Below, in pieces: positions 19,678-30,183 of a DNA stretch of 64,000 nucleotides. Numbering within the stretch: the stretch's first letter is position 1; every line of letters starts with the position of its first letter. This DNA is from an uncultured Candidatus Saccharibacteria bacterium (lineage in GTDB: Bacteria; Patescibacteriota; Minisyncoccia; Phycocordibacterales; UBA9973): positions 26,004 to 90,003 of the forward strand of contig CAYPQU010000002.1 in NCBI GenBank assembly GCA_964412965.1. The letters are read 5' to 3'. Below the pieces are notes generated by a model. It saw only the letters and a program-made list of their open reading frames with translations. It ran no database searches and had not been told where the DNA came from. Both the position numbers and the translations under genes were made by a program.

Positions 19678-21102
19678 ATGAAAGAAAGAAAATACATAAA
19701 AGAATTAAATAATTTTGTAGGGCAAGAAGTGTCAATAGCTGGGTGGGTTGATGTTCGAAGAGACCAAGGAAAATTAGTTTTTATGGACTTGAGAGACATG
19801 ACCGGAAAAGTGCAGTGTGTCGTTTTGCCAAATCACATAGAAGCCATGGGCGCAGTCAAAGAAGTCCGTAATGAGTGGGTTTTGGGTATCAGGGGAATGG
19901 TGAACAGGAGACCAGAAAAAAATATCAATCCTGAAGTATTAAACGGAAGTATAGAGTTAGAGATAATAAATATAGAGGTGTTGAACAAAGCCATTACACC
20001 TCAATTTGACGTAACTACTGATGGGCGCGAGATAGGAGAAGACAGAAGACTTAAGTATCGATATATTGATCTTCGAAGACCTAGGCTGCAAAAAAATATT
20101 CGCAACCGACACAAAATGGCAAAATTTGTCAGAGATTTTCTTGATAAAGAAAACTTTATTGAAATAGAAACACCCATATTAACTAAATCAACGCCCGAAG
20201 GAGCTAGAGATTTTATTGTACCTTCTAGATTATACAAGGGGACATTTTATGCGTTACCACAGTCTCCGCAACAATATAAACAACTCCTAATGTCAGCAGG
20301 AATGGAAAGATATTTCCAGTTAGCTAGATGTATGAGAGACGAGGATTCAAGAGGAGATAGACAACCAGAATTTACTCAACTGGACATGGAGATGAGTTTT
20401 GTAGATAGAGAAGATGTTATGGATATAAACGAAAGACTTCTCATCTCAATGATAAAAGAATTGTACCCGCACAAGAAAATACAACAAATTCCTTTTCCTA
20501 GAATATCCTACAAAGAAGCAATGGAAAAATATGGAAACGACAGGCCTGATTTAAGAGAAAATAAAGAAGATCCAGAGCTCCTGGCTTTTTGTTGGGTAAT
20601 TGACTTCCCATTCTTTGAGAGAACAGATAAATCAGATAATCCAAACACAGAAGGTGAATGGACATTTACTCACAATCCTTTTTCTGGGCCAGTTAAAGAA
20701 CACAGAAACTGGTTGATGGAAGGTAAAAATATCGGAGAAATTTTAACGACACAATACGACATCATTTTAAATGGTTTTGAAATTGGAGGTGGAAGTATTA
20801 GAGCGCACGAACCAGAAATGCTTAAAAAGGTTTTACAAATAATTGGTCATCAAGAAGAAGAGATAGCTCAAAACTTTGGACACATGTTGGGAGCTCTAAG
20901 TTCTGGAACACCGCCACACGGAGGAATCGCTTGGGGTTTTGATAGAGTATTAATGCTTCTAGAAAACGAACCAAACATAAGAGAGGTTATTACTTTCCCC
21001 AAGACAGGAGAAGCTAAGGACTTAATGATGGAATCTCCTTCTCTGGTATCCGAAAAACAATTAAAGGAGTTGGGAATTGAAATAACTAAAATCAAAAAAT
21101 AA
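19678..21102 (+). CDS. aspS: Aspartyl-tRNA synthetase, compact (GAD insertion missing), probably non-discriminating
   Basis: LKYRYIDLRR, LPQSPQQYKQLLM, RQPEFTQLD, PPHGGIAWGFDR. Confidence 0.96.
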   Translation: MKERKYIKELNNFVGQEVSIAGWVDVRRDQGKLVFMDLRDMTGKVQCVVLPNHIEAMGAVKEVRNEWVLGIRGMVNRRPEKNINPEVLNGSIELEIINIEVLNKAITPQFDVTTDGREIGEDRRLKYRYIDLRRPRLQKNIRNRHKMAKFVRDFLDKENFIEIETPILTKSTPEGARDFIVPSRLYKGTFYALPQSPQQYKQLLMSAGMERYFQLARCMRDEDSRGDRQPEFTQLDMEMSFVDREDVMDINERLLISMIKELYPHKKIQQIPFPRISYKEAMEKYGNDRPDLRENKEDPELLAFCWVIDFPFFERTDKSDNPNTEGEWTFTHNPFSGPVKEHRNWLMEGKNIGEILTTQYDIILNGFEIGGGSIRAHEPEMLKKVLQIIGHQEEEIAQNFGHMLGALSSGTPPHGGIAWGFDRVLMLLENEPNIREVITFPKTGEAKDLMMESPSLVSEKQLKELGIEITKIKK

Positions 21103-21103
21103 T

Positions 21104-21889
21104 ATGAGTACAGAGGATGTTATATCTCCATATAGTGTCCGAACAGGAGCATTCGAGGGGCCTCTCGATTTGCTCCTTTCGTTAATAGAAAATAAAAAAT
21201 TTTTTATTAACGAATTATCTTTAGCGAATGTTACCAATGATTATATTTCTTACCTAAAATCATTAAGCGAAGTACCCAATGATAAGCACATAGAAAACGT
21301 TTCCTACTTTGTTTTAATAGCATCCACTCTTATTTTAATTAAATCTAGATCTCTTTTGCCAAATTTGTCTTTAACAGAAGAAGAAAAAGAAGATATTGGT
21401 GACCTGGAAAAGAGATTAAAAATTTATCAAATCTTTAAATCAGCAGGCACAGAAATAAATAAAATTTTTGGTAAAGATATAATTTTTACTCCAGTAGAAA
21501 GAGTTTGGAGTGACCCCGTATTTTCTCCCGATCCGATTATTACTCCCGAAAACTTATTAATCTCTGTAAAAAACGCCATAGCTAATGCCCCCAAGAAAGG
21601 AGAGAATTTGCCAGAAATAGAAGTTAAAAAGATTATTAACATAGAAGAAGTAATCAACAACATTACAGAAAGAATCAAAAATGCTGTTCAGTTGTCTTTT
21701 AAAGACTTAACCAAAGGAGACGGAACTAAACCAAAAGAAGAAGCAAAAACTCAGGTTATTATTTCCTTTCTTGCTATGCTAGAATTAGTCAGAGAAGGGG
21801 TTATTGGGGTAATACAAAACTCTTCTTTTGGAGACATAGAAATTAATCAAAATAAAAAAGAAGCAGGTGAAGAATTAACAGTAAGTTAA
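21104..21889 (+). CDS. scpA: Segregation and condensation protein A
   Basis: FEGPLDLLLSLI, FLAMLELV. Confidence 0.94.
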   Translation: MSTEDVISPYSVRTGAFEGPLDLLLSLIENKKFFINELSLANVTNDYISYLKSLSEVPNDKHIENVSYFVLIASTLILIKSRSLLPNLSLTEEEKEDIGDLEKRLKIYQIFKSAGTEINKIFGKDIIFTPVERVWSDPVFSPDPIITPENLLISVKNAIANAPKKGENLPEIEVKKIINIEEVINNITERIKNAVQLSFKDLTKGDGTKPKEEAKTQVIISFLAMLELVREGVIGVIQNSSFGDIEINQNKKEAGEELTVS

Positions 21890-21902
21890 AAAATATTGAC
21901 AC

Positions 21903-22442
21903 ATGAACCTAGAATCAAAAATAGAAGGATTACTTTTTTATAAAGGAGAAGATATGGAGATTAAAAAAATCGCCGAAATATTTAAAGTTGAAAAATCAGA
22001 GATAGAAGAAGCTCTTTTGGTGTTGGATAAATCTTTAGAAAACAGAGGATTAATACTGGTCAGGAAAGATGACCGAGTTGTTTTGGGAATACGAGGCGAG
22101 CTTAGTCCTATTCTTGAAGAAATGAGAAAAGATGAGATTACAAAAGAATTAACCAAATCCTCTCTAGAAACCTTATCTATCGTGATTTATAAAAACGGAG
22201 TAACTAGAAGTGAAATAGATTATATTAGGGGGGTTAATTCTAGTTTTATTTTAAGAAATCTTTTGGTAAGAGGATTAATAGAAAAAGTGATAGATCCCAA
22301 AGACAGTCGAAGATTCTTGTATAAACCAACCTTTGATACACTTACTCATTTAGGAATTAAATCGATTCAAGATTTACCCAAATATGAAGATATTCGTTCG
22401 CAATTATTAGAAATTAACAACATCACAGAAAAAAATGACTAA
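21903..22442 (+). CDS. scpB: Segregation and condensation protein B
   Basis: LETLSIVIYK..VTRSEIDYIRGVNS. Confidence 0.95.
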   Translation: MNLESKIEGLLFYKGEDMEIKKIAEIFKVEKSEIEEALLVLDKSLENRGLILVRKDDRVVLGIRGELSPILEEMRKDEITKELTKSSLETLSIVIYKNGVTRSEIDYIRGVNSSFILRNLLVRGLIEKVIDPKDSRRFLYKPTFDTLTHLGIKSIQDLPKYEDIRSQLLEINNITEKND

Positions 22443-23493
22443 TGCATTAAAAATATTTTTACCTTCAGTTATTGCTTTCACGATAGGAATTTTTTTGACT
22501 CCAATTGCCACACACTATTTTTATAAATATAAAATGTGGAAAAAAGTTTCCAGAGATAAAAATATTATTAATGATGAGAACAATAAATTTTCAAAGATAC
22601 ACGATGTGGAATCTGAGGTTTCGACCCCAAGAGTTGGGGGGATGATTATTTGGATTTCTGTGGTTCTAACTGTAGCTGTTGTCTTGATAGCTGATTATTT
22701 GTTAGGAAACGACCTTACTCAAAAACTAACATTCATTAGCCGAAACCAGACATTGCTGCCTTTTGTTTCTTTAATAGTAGCTGCCTTAATTGGACTTGCT
22801 GATGATTTTTTACAAATATTTGGGACAGGAAAGTGGAGTAAGGATCCGATGCTTTTACGCTATTTAAAAATATCAATAATTTTATTACTCGGATTAATTA
22901 TTGGTCTGTGGTTTTATTTAAAATTAGGAACTAACACGCTCTATATTCCATGGTTGGGTGATGTTAATTTGGGATTTTTCTTCACACCATTTTTTATGTT
23001 CGTAATGTTGTCTCTTTGGTCAACTAGTATCATAGATGGAATTGATGGTTTATCTGGTGGTGTTTTAGCGACAATATTTATGGCGTACACACTTATTGCT
23101 TACTTTAACAATCAGATAGACATTGCAACTTTTTGCGCAGTTATTACAGGAGCAATTATGGCTTTTCTTTGGTTCAATATTCCTCCTGCTAGATTCTATA
23201 TGGGAGAAACAGGTATGATAGGACTAACTGTCACTCTTTCTGTTGTTGCTTTTTTAACAGACACCGTCTTGCTTTTACCAATTATTGCATTTCCTTTGTT
23301 TATAACTTCTCTTTCTGCTTTTATTCAAATACTTTCTGTGAAATTAAGACACGGCAAAAGAGTTTTTCTTATCGCTCCACTACACCACCATTTCGAGGCA
23401 AGAGGATGGCCTAAATATAAAGTAACGATGAGATATTGGATAATTAGTATTATCACCTCTGTTATCGGAGTAATTATTTCTATCATAAGCTAA
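22435..23493 (+). CDS. mraY: Phospho-N-acetylmuramoyl-pentapeptide transferase
   Basis: TPRVGG, GLADD, DGIDGL, PARFYMGETG, APLHHHFE. Confidence 0.95.
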   Translation: MTNALKIFLPSVIAFTIGIFLTPIATHYFYKYKMWKKVSRDKNIINDENNKFSKIHDVESEVSTPRVGGMIIWISVVLTVAVVLIADYLLGNDLTQKLTFISRNQTLLPFVSLIVAALIGLADDFLQIFGTGKWSKDPMLLRYLKISIILLLGLIIGLWFYLKLGTNTLYIPWLGDVNLGFFFTPFFMFVMLSLWSTSIIDGIDGLSGGVLATIFMAYTLIAYFNNQIDIATFCAVITGAIMAFLWFNIPPARFYMGETGMIGLTVTLSVVAFLTDTVLLLPIIAFPLFITSLSAFIQILSVKLRHGKRVFLIAPLHHHFEARGWPKYKVTMRYWIISIITSVIGVIISIIS

Positions 23494-24620
23494 TGAAAAA
23501 AGGATCTATTGATAAAACTTTTTTAGGTATAGTTATAACACTAGTTTTAGTAGGGTTAGTCACTTTTACTTCTGCTTCTCTTGGGATCTTAGCTAAAAAT
23601 GAAGTTGAATTTAATAATGTTCTATTTAGCCAATTTGTACTTGGGTTTGCCGGGGGACTCGTTGCTTTGTATATAGGATATAAAATTCCTTATAAATTTA
23701 TCCGAAAATATTCTTTAATTATTTTTATTTTGTCTATTTTAGCAACACTTTTAGTCTTTGTCCCTGGCATAGGGTTAAAACTTAAAGGAGCAAGCAGGTG
23801 GATAAGTATTATGGGATTTTCATTTCAACCAGTAGAGCTTTTAAAAATAGGTTTTATCGTTTATTTTTCTGCCTGGTTATCTTGGGCTAAAACAAAAGTG
23901 AAGAATCCACTTTTCTCTATTCTACCTTTAGTTATTTTAATCGGAACAATTGGAGCGATACTGTTAAAACAACCTGACACTAAAAGCTTGATTTTAATGA
24001 CTGTCACCGCCCTCATTATGCTTTTTGTTTCAGGAGCACCTATAAAACATTTGGCTGTATTTTTTGGAATAGTTTTGATTGGATTTTCTATCTTGGTATA
24101 TTTTACCCCTTACTTAAAAGCTCGTATTGAAACCTTCATTAAACCCCAAGAGAACAGTCAAACAATTTCGTATCAACTTCAACAATCCTTAATAGCTATA
24201 GGTTCTGGGGGTATTGCTGGTAGGGGGTTAGGGCAAAGCATACAAAAATTTAATTATTTACCAGAACCACAAGGTGATTCAATTTTTGCCGTGATAGGAG
24301 AAGAAACGGGATTTGTTGGTAGTGCTATGCTGGTTTTGCTTTATTTGGCCTTTATCCTAAGAGGGTACCGCATCGCAATACGCAATGCGCCAGATTCTTT
24401 TAGTAAGTTGTTAGTTATTGGCTTCGTAACCATAATCACCGCTCAGTCTTATATGAATATAGCTTCTTCTATCGGAGTTTTTCCTTTAACAGGAGTGCCT
24501 TTAGTTTTTGTCTCTCACGGAGGTACTGCTTTGTTGCTTTCGCTGGGTATGATAGGAGTAATCTTAAATATATCTCATTATAAAAATAAATCTTCTGAAA
24601 ATAAAAATATTATTGAATAA
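23493..24620 (+). CDS. ftsW: SEDS peptidoglycan polymerase FtsW
   Basis: GASRWI, FQPVELLK, QPD, YLPEPQGDSIFA, GVPLVFVSHGG; between mraY and murG. Confidence 0.92.
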   Translation: MKKGSIDKTFLGIVITLVLVGLVTFTSASLGILAKNEVEFNNVLFSQFVLGFAGGLVALYIGYKIPYKFIRKYSLIIFILSILATLLVFVPGIGLKLKGASRWISIMGFSFQPVELLKIGFIVYFSAWLSWAKTKVKNPLFSILPLVILIGTIGAILLKQPDTKSLILMTVTALIMLFVSGAPIKHLAVFFGIVLIGFSILVYFTPYLKARIETFIKPQENSQTISYQLQQSLIAIGSGGIAGRGLGQSIQKFNYLPEPQGDSIFAVIGEETGFVGSAMLVLLYLAFILRGYRIAIRNAPDSFSKLLVIGFVTIITAQSYMNIASSIGVFPLTGVPLVFVSHGGTALLLSLGMIGVILNISHYKNKSSENKNIIE

Positions 24621-24697
24621 TCTTTTGTAGCATTATCTATTTATGGTATAATTATTGTAATTAATTGTTTGTATTATTAACTTTAATTTTTAAAAAT

Positions 24698-26683
24698 ATG
24701 AGGCCAATAAAATTCTCTTTAATAGCAACTATTCTGGTAATACCATTCCTTTTCTCTGGGAAGATAATAGCAGAAGAACAATCTTCTACAGAAAAAACAA
24801 ATGAAGTAAAAAATATAGTTTTGGCAGAAATAAATGTCCAAGATTCTAAGATCATTTCACAAGAAGGAAACACCTTGGAGATTTCTTTTAACATAACTAA
24901 TCGCCAGGGAGCGCAATCAGGTGTTAAGTATGGGGTTCGTGTAGTAGAAAAAATAGGTAAAAAACAAAAAGTACTAGATGAATACGTTTTCCCTGAGGTG
25001 CTTAGCGTTCCAGCAAACACAGTCATACCTAGGACAGTTGTATATAATGGCCCTGTTAACTTAGAGGGAGAATACAATCTTTATGTTTCAGCCAGAAACT
25101 ACAGTGGCCTACCTTTAGGTACTGCAGACTTAGGAAAAGTGACTTTTTCTAAACAAATGGATACACTAGAAATCTTAAGCGAGACTTGTTCAACTGTTAT
25201 AGAGAGAGCAGACAGTGTTAAAGAAAATGAAAACAGAGAGGATTTGGTCTCAAAAGAAGATAAGATAATCTTGTCTTGTTATGTAAGGAACAACATGGAA
25301 ACTGAAGTGATAACTACTCCTGTTTACGAAACGCACTACAGAACTCTGTATGGAGAAGAAGCTTCTCAGCTAGGTGGAGATATTAGTCCAATACTGCTCA
25401 GACCACTAGAAGAAAAACTAGTAAATCTAACCTTGCCTAAGATAGCAGTTCCTCAATCATATGTTACAAAAATATACTTTGAAACTTCTGGGGTTAATTC
25501 TAATTACGTAACAATGTCTTACACCGTCTCCGGTCTCAGTGCCACAATCCAAAACGTCTCATTGGATAAGAACTCATACAAAGCAAACGAGACTGCAAAG
25601 ATTGCATTCTTCTGGACTTCATCTGCTACAAATAGAGAGGAATTAACATCCATCTCTCTAAAAGCTGATATTGTTAATAAGAATAAGAGATCTTGTATAG
25701 AGAGTCCAATAAATACCCAAATGGCAGGAGTTGGATTCATTGAAATACCAGTAACTATTAGTAAATCATGTGATGATCCTGAAGTAACCATCTCTCTTTA
25801 TGATGCATCAGGAAAAGTACTTGATCAAAAAGCTTTAATATTTGAAGCTAACGAAGAAACCAATCTATTCGCAGGAAAACTAGGTATCATTGCTATTGTA
25901 ATTATTGTTCTACTAGTATTAACTGGATTAATTCTTTACTTTAAGAATCTAAAAGACAAAGATGGAGGTGACAAACCAAAGAGTGGTCACATAGAAGGAG
26001 CTGTGCTTGCTATATTCTTCATTCTTTCTATGTTTCTAATTCCTGGTGGTAGTGCAAAGGCGGATACTTACTATATTACTGTTGATAGAATAGATAATTA
26101 TTACAACCCTGGAACAGCTTACGGTACTATAATCTTAAATACCAATCTAGATAAAAGTGACTATCTATACGGGGATGATATTAGACTAAGCTCTTCGGTT
26201 TATTATGATAAATACAATCATTGTTCAACCTTACCGCTCGACGCTATTTTAGGCAATGAAAGACAGAAGATAGACTATTCCGGAGATACTATTATTTGTG
26301 GGGGAGATGAACTTTATGCAGAAAATGTATTTCTGTCGGGCGCTATAGCAACTGGAAATTTAACAATTTCAGGAAATGCGTTTCTTGACGGAACTCAACA
26401 ATTAGCAATCAATTTAGATTTATCTTATAACGTGATTTCTAATTCTCCTATAAAAGTAGAGATAAAAGCCAACGACACCTCTGGTGAAATTACGATCAAC
26501 AAAGATGAGCCTGTTGCCATAACATGGTCTGTCCTTAATTCAAATGGGTCTACCTGCTACTGTACATACGATGGAGACAAGTCATGTGGACAACCAAGCA
26601 GCGGAGATGTTGTTAACCACAGAGGTTATTCCAATATAGAAGTAGGAAAAACGACAATATTTAAGCTAGAGTGTAAAAAATAA
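24698..26683 (+). CDS. Secreted/membrane hypothetical protein with an internal TM hairpin
   Basis: N-terminal signal peptide, beta-rich domains, two internal hydrophobic helices, Cys-rich C-terminus. Confidence 0.8.
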   Translation: MRPIKFSLIATILVIPFLFSGKIIAEEQSSTEKTNEVKNIVLAEINVQDSKIISQEGNTLEISFNITNRQGAQSGVKYGVRVVEKIGKKQKVLDEYVFPEVLSVPANTVIPRTVVYNGPVNLEGEYNLYVSARNYSGLPLGTADLGKVTFSKQMDTLEILSETCSTVIERADSVKENENREDLVSKEDKIILSCYVRNNMETEVITTPVYETHYRTLYGEEASQLGGDISPILLRPLEEKLVNLTLPKIAVPQSYVTKIYFETSGVNSNYVTMSYTVSGLSATIQNVSLDKNSYKANETAKIAFFWTSSATNREELTSISLKADIVNKNKRSCIESPINTQMAGVGFIEIPVTISKSCDDPEVTISLYDASGKVLDQKALIFEANEETNLFAGKLGIIAIVIIVLLVLTGLILYFKNLKDKDGGDKPKSGHIEGAVLAIFFILSMFLIPGGSAKADTYYITVDRIDNYYNPGTAYGTIILNTNLDKSDYLYGDDIRLSSSVYYDKYNHCSTLPLDAILGNERQKIDYSGDTIICGGDELYAENVFLSGAIATGNLTISGNAFLDGTQQLAINLDLSYNVISNSPIKVEIKANDTSGEITINKDEPVAITWSVLNSNGSTCYCTYDGDKSCGQPSSGDVVNHRGYSNIEVGKTTIFKLECKK

Positions 26684-26736
26684 AATTGACTTTTACAGAA
26701 ATTTACTATTTAATTATATTAAACAGTAAATTAAAT

Positions 26737-27435
26737 ATGAAAAGGAATTGTAAATGCCTAGTATTTATGGTGTCTATAATGATACTCATACTAGGGACTC
26801 TGTTAGCCCAGAGTTGTGACAAGGACAAACCACCGGTTAGTCCTCCAATTACGTACACGGTGACTATTAACGTCATCGGTAAAATCCATGTTACGCTTCC
26901 GCAAAAGACTGGGATCGTACCTGGTAGTAATGTTGACATAACGATAGAACCAGATAGCCTTTATTCTGTTTACTCCATAAAAGAAAATGGGGTAAACATG
27001 AACATTATCCCTACAGACAAAAAATTGACATATTCCTTAAAAAATATCCAATCTAATAAAATGTTGGATATAGAAGCGATAGAAACAGGAATTATAAAAT
27101 TGTCGGTCCTAGAGCCGCCATTAATGTTAAAAAAGATTTCTTTTTACAGGGGCAAAGATGATGCATACCTAGGAGAACTTGTACTAGACCAAATAGATTT
27201 ATCAAGAAAATATTACCACTATTATCCCTCTATGGATATTAAGGTGATAAACCAAGATGGATCTATCTTTTGGCAACAAAAATGGAGCTTAAAATTAGGA
27301 GTATACCAAAGAGGAGATCAAATCCTTACTGTCGTTAAGAACACAGACAAAATACTGCAGTTGAAAGATAAACCATCTTTCGATCCTACTTATGGAGCAG
27401 AGCTTTATGTCATATATACATATGAAAGAAATTAA
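26737..27435 (+). CDS. Putative lipoprotein
   Basis: Basic N-region, hydrophobic stretch, LAQS|CDKDK lipobox-like site. Confidence 0.7.
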   Translation: MKRNCKCLVFMVSIMILILGTLLAQSCDKDKPPVSPPITYTVTINVIGKIHVTLPQKTGIVPGSNVDITIEPDSLYSVYSIKENGVNMNIIPTDKKLTYSLKNIQSNKMLDIEAIETGIIKLSVLEPPLMLKKISFYRGKDDAYLGELVLDQIDLSRKYYHYYPSMDIKVINQDGSIFWQQKWSLKLGVYQRGDQILTVVKNTDKILQLKDKPSFDPTYGAELYVIYTYERN

Positions 27436-27456
27436 TTTTTCATAAAAATCTAAAGG

Positions 27457-27487
27457 ATCACCCCTATTTTACAGGGGTGATTTTTTT
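27457..27487 (+). terminator. Intrinsic terminator
   Basis: atcacccct...aggggtgat plus T tract. Confidence 0.7.
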
Positions 27488-27556
27488 CTAGAAAAAATAT
27501 CGAAAAAAGGTTATAATGTCATTACCTTTATTAAACATAATTATTTAAATAACAGA

Positions 27557-28684
27557 ATGAAAATTTTACTAACAGGAGGAGGTACAGGTGGTCATTTTTA
27601 TCCACTTATTGCTATAGCTGAAAAATTAATAGAGCAAGCAGAAGCAGAAAAGGTTATTGACCTTAAGCTCTATTATATGTCCGATAAACCTTATGATAAA
27701 AGAATGCTTTTTGAAAATAAAATAAATTTTGTTCAAGTCCCTGCTGGTAAGATGAGAATTTATTTTTCTATTAAAAACTTTTTTGATATGTTTAAAACGC
27801 TTTCGGGTGTTTTATTAGGTACAATAGTAATGTTTTTTATTTATCCAGATGTGGTAATTTCAAAAGGAGGATATGCTGCATTTCCTGCTGTTTTTGCAGC
27901 TAGGTTTTTGCGAATCCCAATAATAGTCCATGAATCTGATTCCTTTCCAGGCAGACTAAATGTTTGGACGGCTAAATTTGCCGAGAAAGTTGCAGTATCG
28001 TGGCCTGAGGCTGCCGATTATTTACCAAAAGAAAAAACCGCATTAACAGGCCAACCTATTAGAAAAAGTATTTTGAGGGGAGACCCAAACGGTGCTCACA
28101 ATTATTACAAACTAGACGACAGGATTCCTACCATATTAATTTTAGGAGGATCACAAGGTTCTGAAAAAATTAATAATATTATTGTAGATATATTGCCTAA
28201 ATTATTAAATAAATATCAAGTAATTCACCAAACAGGGGACAAGAATTTTGAAGAAGTTACAGCTCGTGCAAAATTTTTGTTAGAAAACAATCCAGATTTT
28301 TCAAAATATAAACCTTTAAAATTTTTAAACAATCTTGATACAAGAATGGCTGCTGGATGTTCTAATCTAGTAATTTCTAGAGCAGGTTCAGCAATATTTG
28401 AAATAGCATCATGGGGTATTCCTTCTATTATTATTCCTATAACTAATTCTAATGGAGACCATCAAAGGAAAAATGCTTATAACTATGCAAGATCTGGGGG
28501 GTGCCAAGTTATAGAAGAAAGTAATCTAACCGCTAATGTTTTAATGGCTGAAATAGATAGAATTATAGGTGATAAAGAGAGGCTATATAAAATGAGCCAG
28601 AAAGCTCTGTCATTTGCCAATCATGATGCTGCCCTTAAGATAGCGAGGTCTGCTATTGAAATAGGATTAAGTCACGAAGAATAA
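27557..28684 (+). CDS. murG: MurG glycosyltransferase
   Basis: GGGTGGHFYP, KGGY, HESD, GGSQG, ISRAG, HQRKNA. Confidence 0.97.
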   Translation: MKILLTGGGTGGHFYPLIAIAEKLIEQAEAEKVIDLKLYYMSDKPYDKRMLFENKINFVQVPAGKMRIYFSIKNFFDMFKTLSGVLLGTIVMFFIYPDVVISKGGYAAFPAVFAARFLRIPIIVHESDSFPGRLNVWTAKFAEKVAVSWPEAADYLPKEKTALTGQPIRKSILRGDPNGAHNYYKLDDRIPTILILGGSQGSEKINNIIVDILPKLLNKYQVIHQTGDKNFEEVTARAKFLLENNPDFSKYKPLKFLNNLDTRMAAGCSNLVISRAGSAIFEIASWGIPSIIIPITNSNGDHQRKNAYNYARSGGCQVIEESNLTANVLMAEIDRIIGDKERLYKMSQKALSFANHDAALKIARSAIEIGLSHEE

Positions 28685-28689
28685 AGTAT

Positions 28690-30171
28690 ATGGAAGAAAA
28701 AAAGAAAAAAGAAATAATTACTCGATTTGCACCTTCTCCAACAGGCTTTTTACACATTGGAGGAGTGAGGACTGCTATCTATGCATGGCTTTGGGCAAGA
28801 AAAAACAACGGAAAATTTATTCTTCGTATAGAAGACACAGACAAAGAAAGGGAAGTCTCGGGTTCGATTGAACATATAATAAAATCTCTCAAGTGGGTCG
28901 GATTAGATTGGGATTATGGACCAGACAAAGAAGGACCTGCGGGATCCTACATACAATCCGAGAGATTAGATCGTTACAAAAAATATGCTAACGAATTAGT
29001 CATAAAAGGTTTGGCTTATGCTGACCCATACACAGAAGAAGAACTTGAATCTTTTAGAAAAAAATCTGAAGAAGAAAAAAGACCGTTTTTGTACAGAAAC
29101 CACAGGCCAGAAAATCCTCCAGTTTGGGATGGGACAAAACCACTAAGACTTAAAATTACGGATATAAAAAATAGCGAATGGAATGATATAACCCGTGGTA
29201 ATTTAAAAGCAGGGGCAGAAGCTTTAGATGATTTTATTTTAATAAAAAGTGACGGATATCCTACGTACAATTTCGCCCACATCATTGATGATTACGAAAT
29301 GGGTGTGACTCATATTATGAGAGCTGATGAATTTATTGCATCTACTCCTAAATTCCTTGCTTTGTATGAAGCTTTGGGGATAGAGAGACCTGAGTTTGTA
29401 ACTCTTCCTCCTATATTGGGTAAAGATGGAAAAAAGAAACTAGGTAAAAGAGATGGGGCTAAAGACTTTTTAGAATATTCAAAAGATGGATATCTTCCTG
29501 AGGCTATGCTTAATTTCTTAACTTTTATTGGATGGAACCCTGGTGACAATAGAGAAATAATGTCAAAAGAAGAACTCATCTCAGCTTTTGACGTTAATCA
29601 AATACAAATAAGCGGAGGAATGTTTAACGAAGAAAAATTGGAATGGATAAATCACGAACACTTAAAAAAACTATCAGAAAAAGAACAACAAAATTATGTA
29701 ATCTCCTTTATCCCCGAAAGAATATTAAAACTAGAGAACTACAATGAAGAGATTATTAGAAAGATATCTCCTATAATAATAGAAAGAATTAAAAAAGGTA
29801 AAGATATACTGGAATTGGATAAAAACAAAGATCTCGATTTTTATTTTACAGAACCAGAATATGAAAAAGATGGTCTTTTCTTTAAGTCTACTAAAATAGA
29901 AAATGATAAATATAACACATTGGCAAATTACCTAGAAAAAACCACGGAGATATTGGAGCAAATAGATAGTATAGATTTTAAAAAAGAAAAAATTAAAGAA
30001 ACCATCTGGCCTTACGCCGAAGAAGTCGGGAGGGGGGATATTTTGTGGCCTATGAGATATGCTTTATCGGGAGTAGATAAATCACCAGACCCATTTTATC
30101 TAGCAGAGATCTTGGGAAAAGAAGAAACTATTGCTAGAATAAATAAAGCAGTTAATCTTTTAAAAAATTAA
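28690..30171 (+). CDS. gltX: Glutamyl-tRNA synthetase
   Basis: TRFAPSPTGFLHIGG, LRIEDTD, KKLGKR. Confidence 0.97.
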   Translation: MEEKKKKEIITRFAPSPTGFLHIGGVRTAIYAWLWARKNNGKFILRIEDTDKEREVSGSIEHIIKSLKWVGLDWDYGPDKEGPAGSYIQSERLDRYKKYANELVIKGLAYADPYTEEELESFRKKSEEEKRPFLYRNHRPENPPVWDGTKPLRLKITDIKNSEWNDITRGNLKAGAEALDDFILIKSDGYPTYNFAHIIDDYEMGVTHIMRADEFIASTPKFLALYEALGIERPEFVTLPPILGKDGKKKLGKRDGAKDFLEYSKDGYLPEAMLNFLTFIGWNPGDNREIMSKEELISAFDVNQIQISGGMFNEEKLEWINHEHLKKLSEKEQQNYVISFIPERILKLENYNEEIIRKISPIIIERIKKGKDILELDKNKDLDFYFTEPEYEKDGLFFKSTKIENDKYNTLANYLEKTTEILEQIDSIDFKKEKIKETIWPYAEEVGRGDILWPMRYALSGVDKSPDPFYLAEILGKEETIARINKAVNLLKN

Positions 30172-30183
30172 CTTATTAAATAA

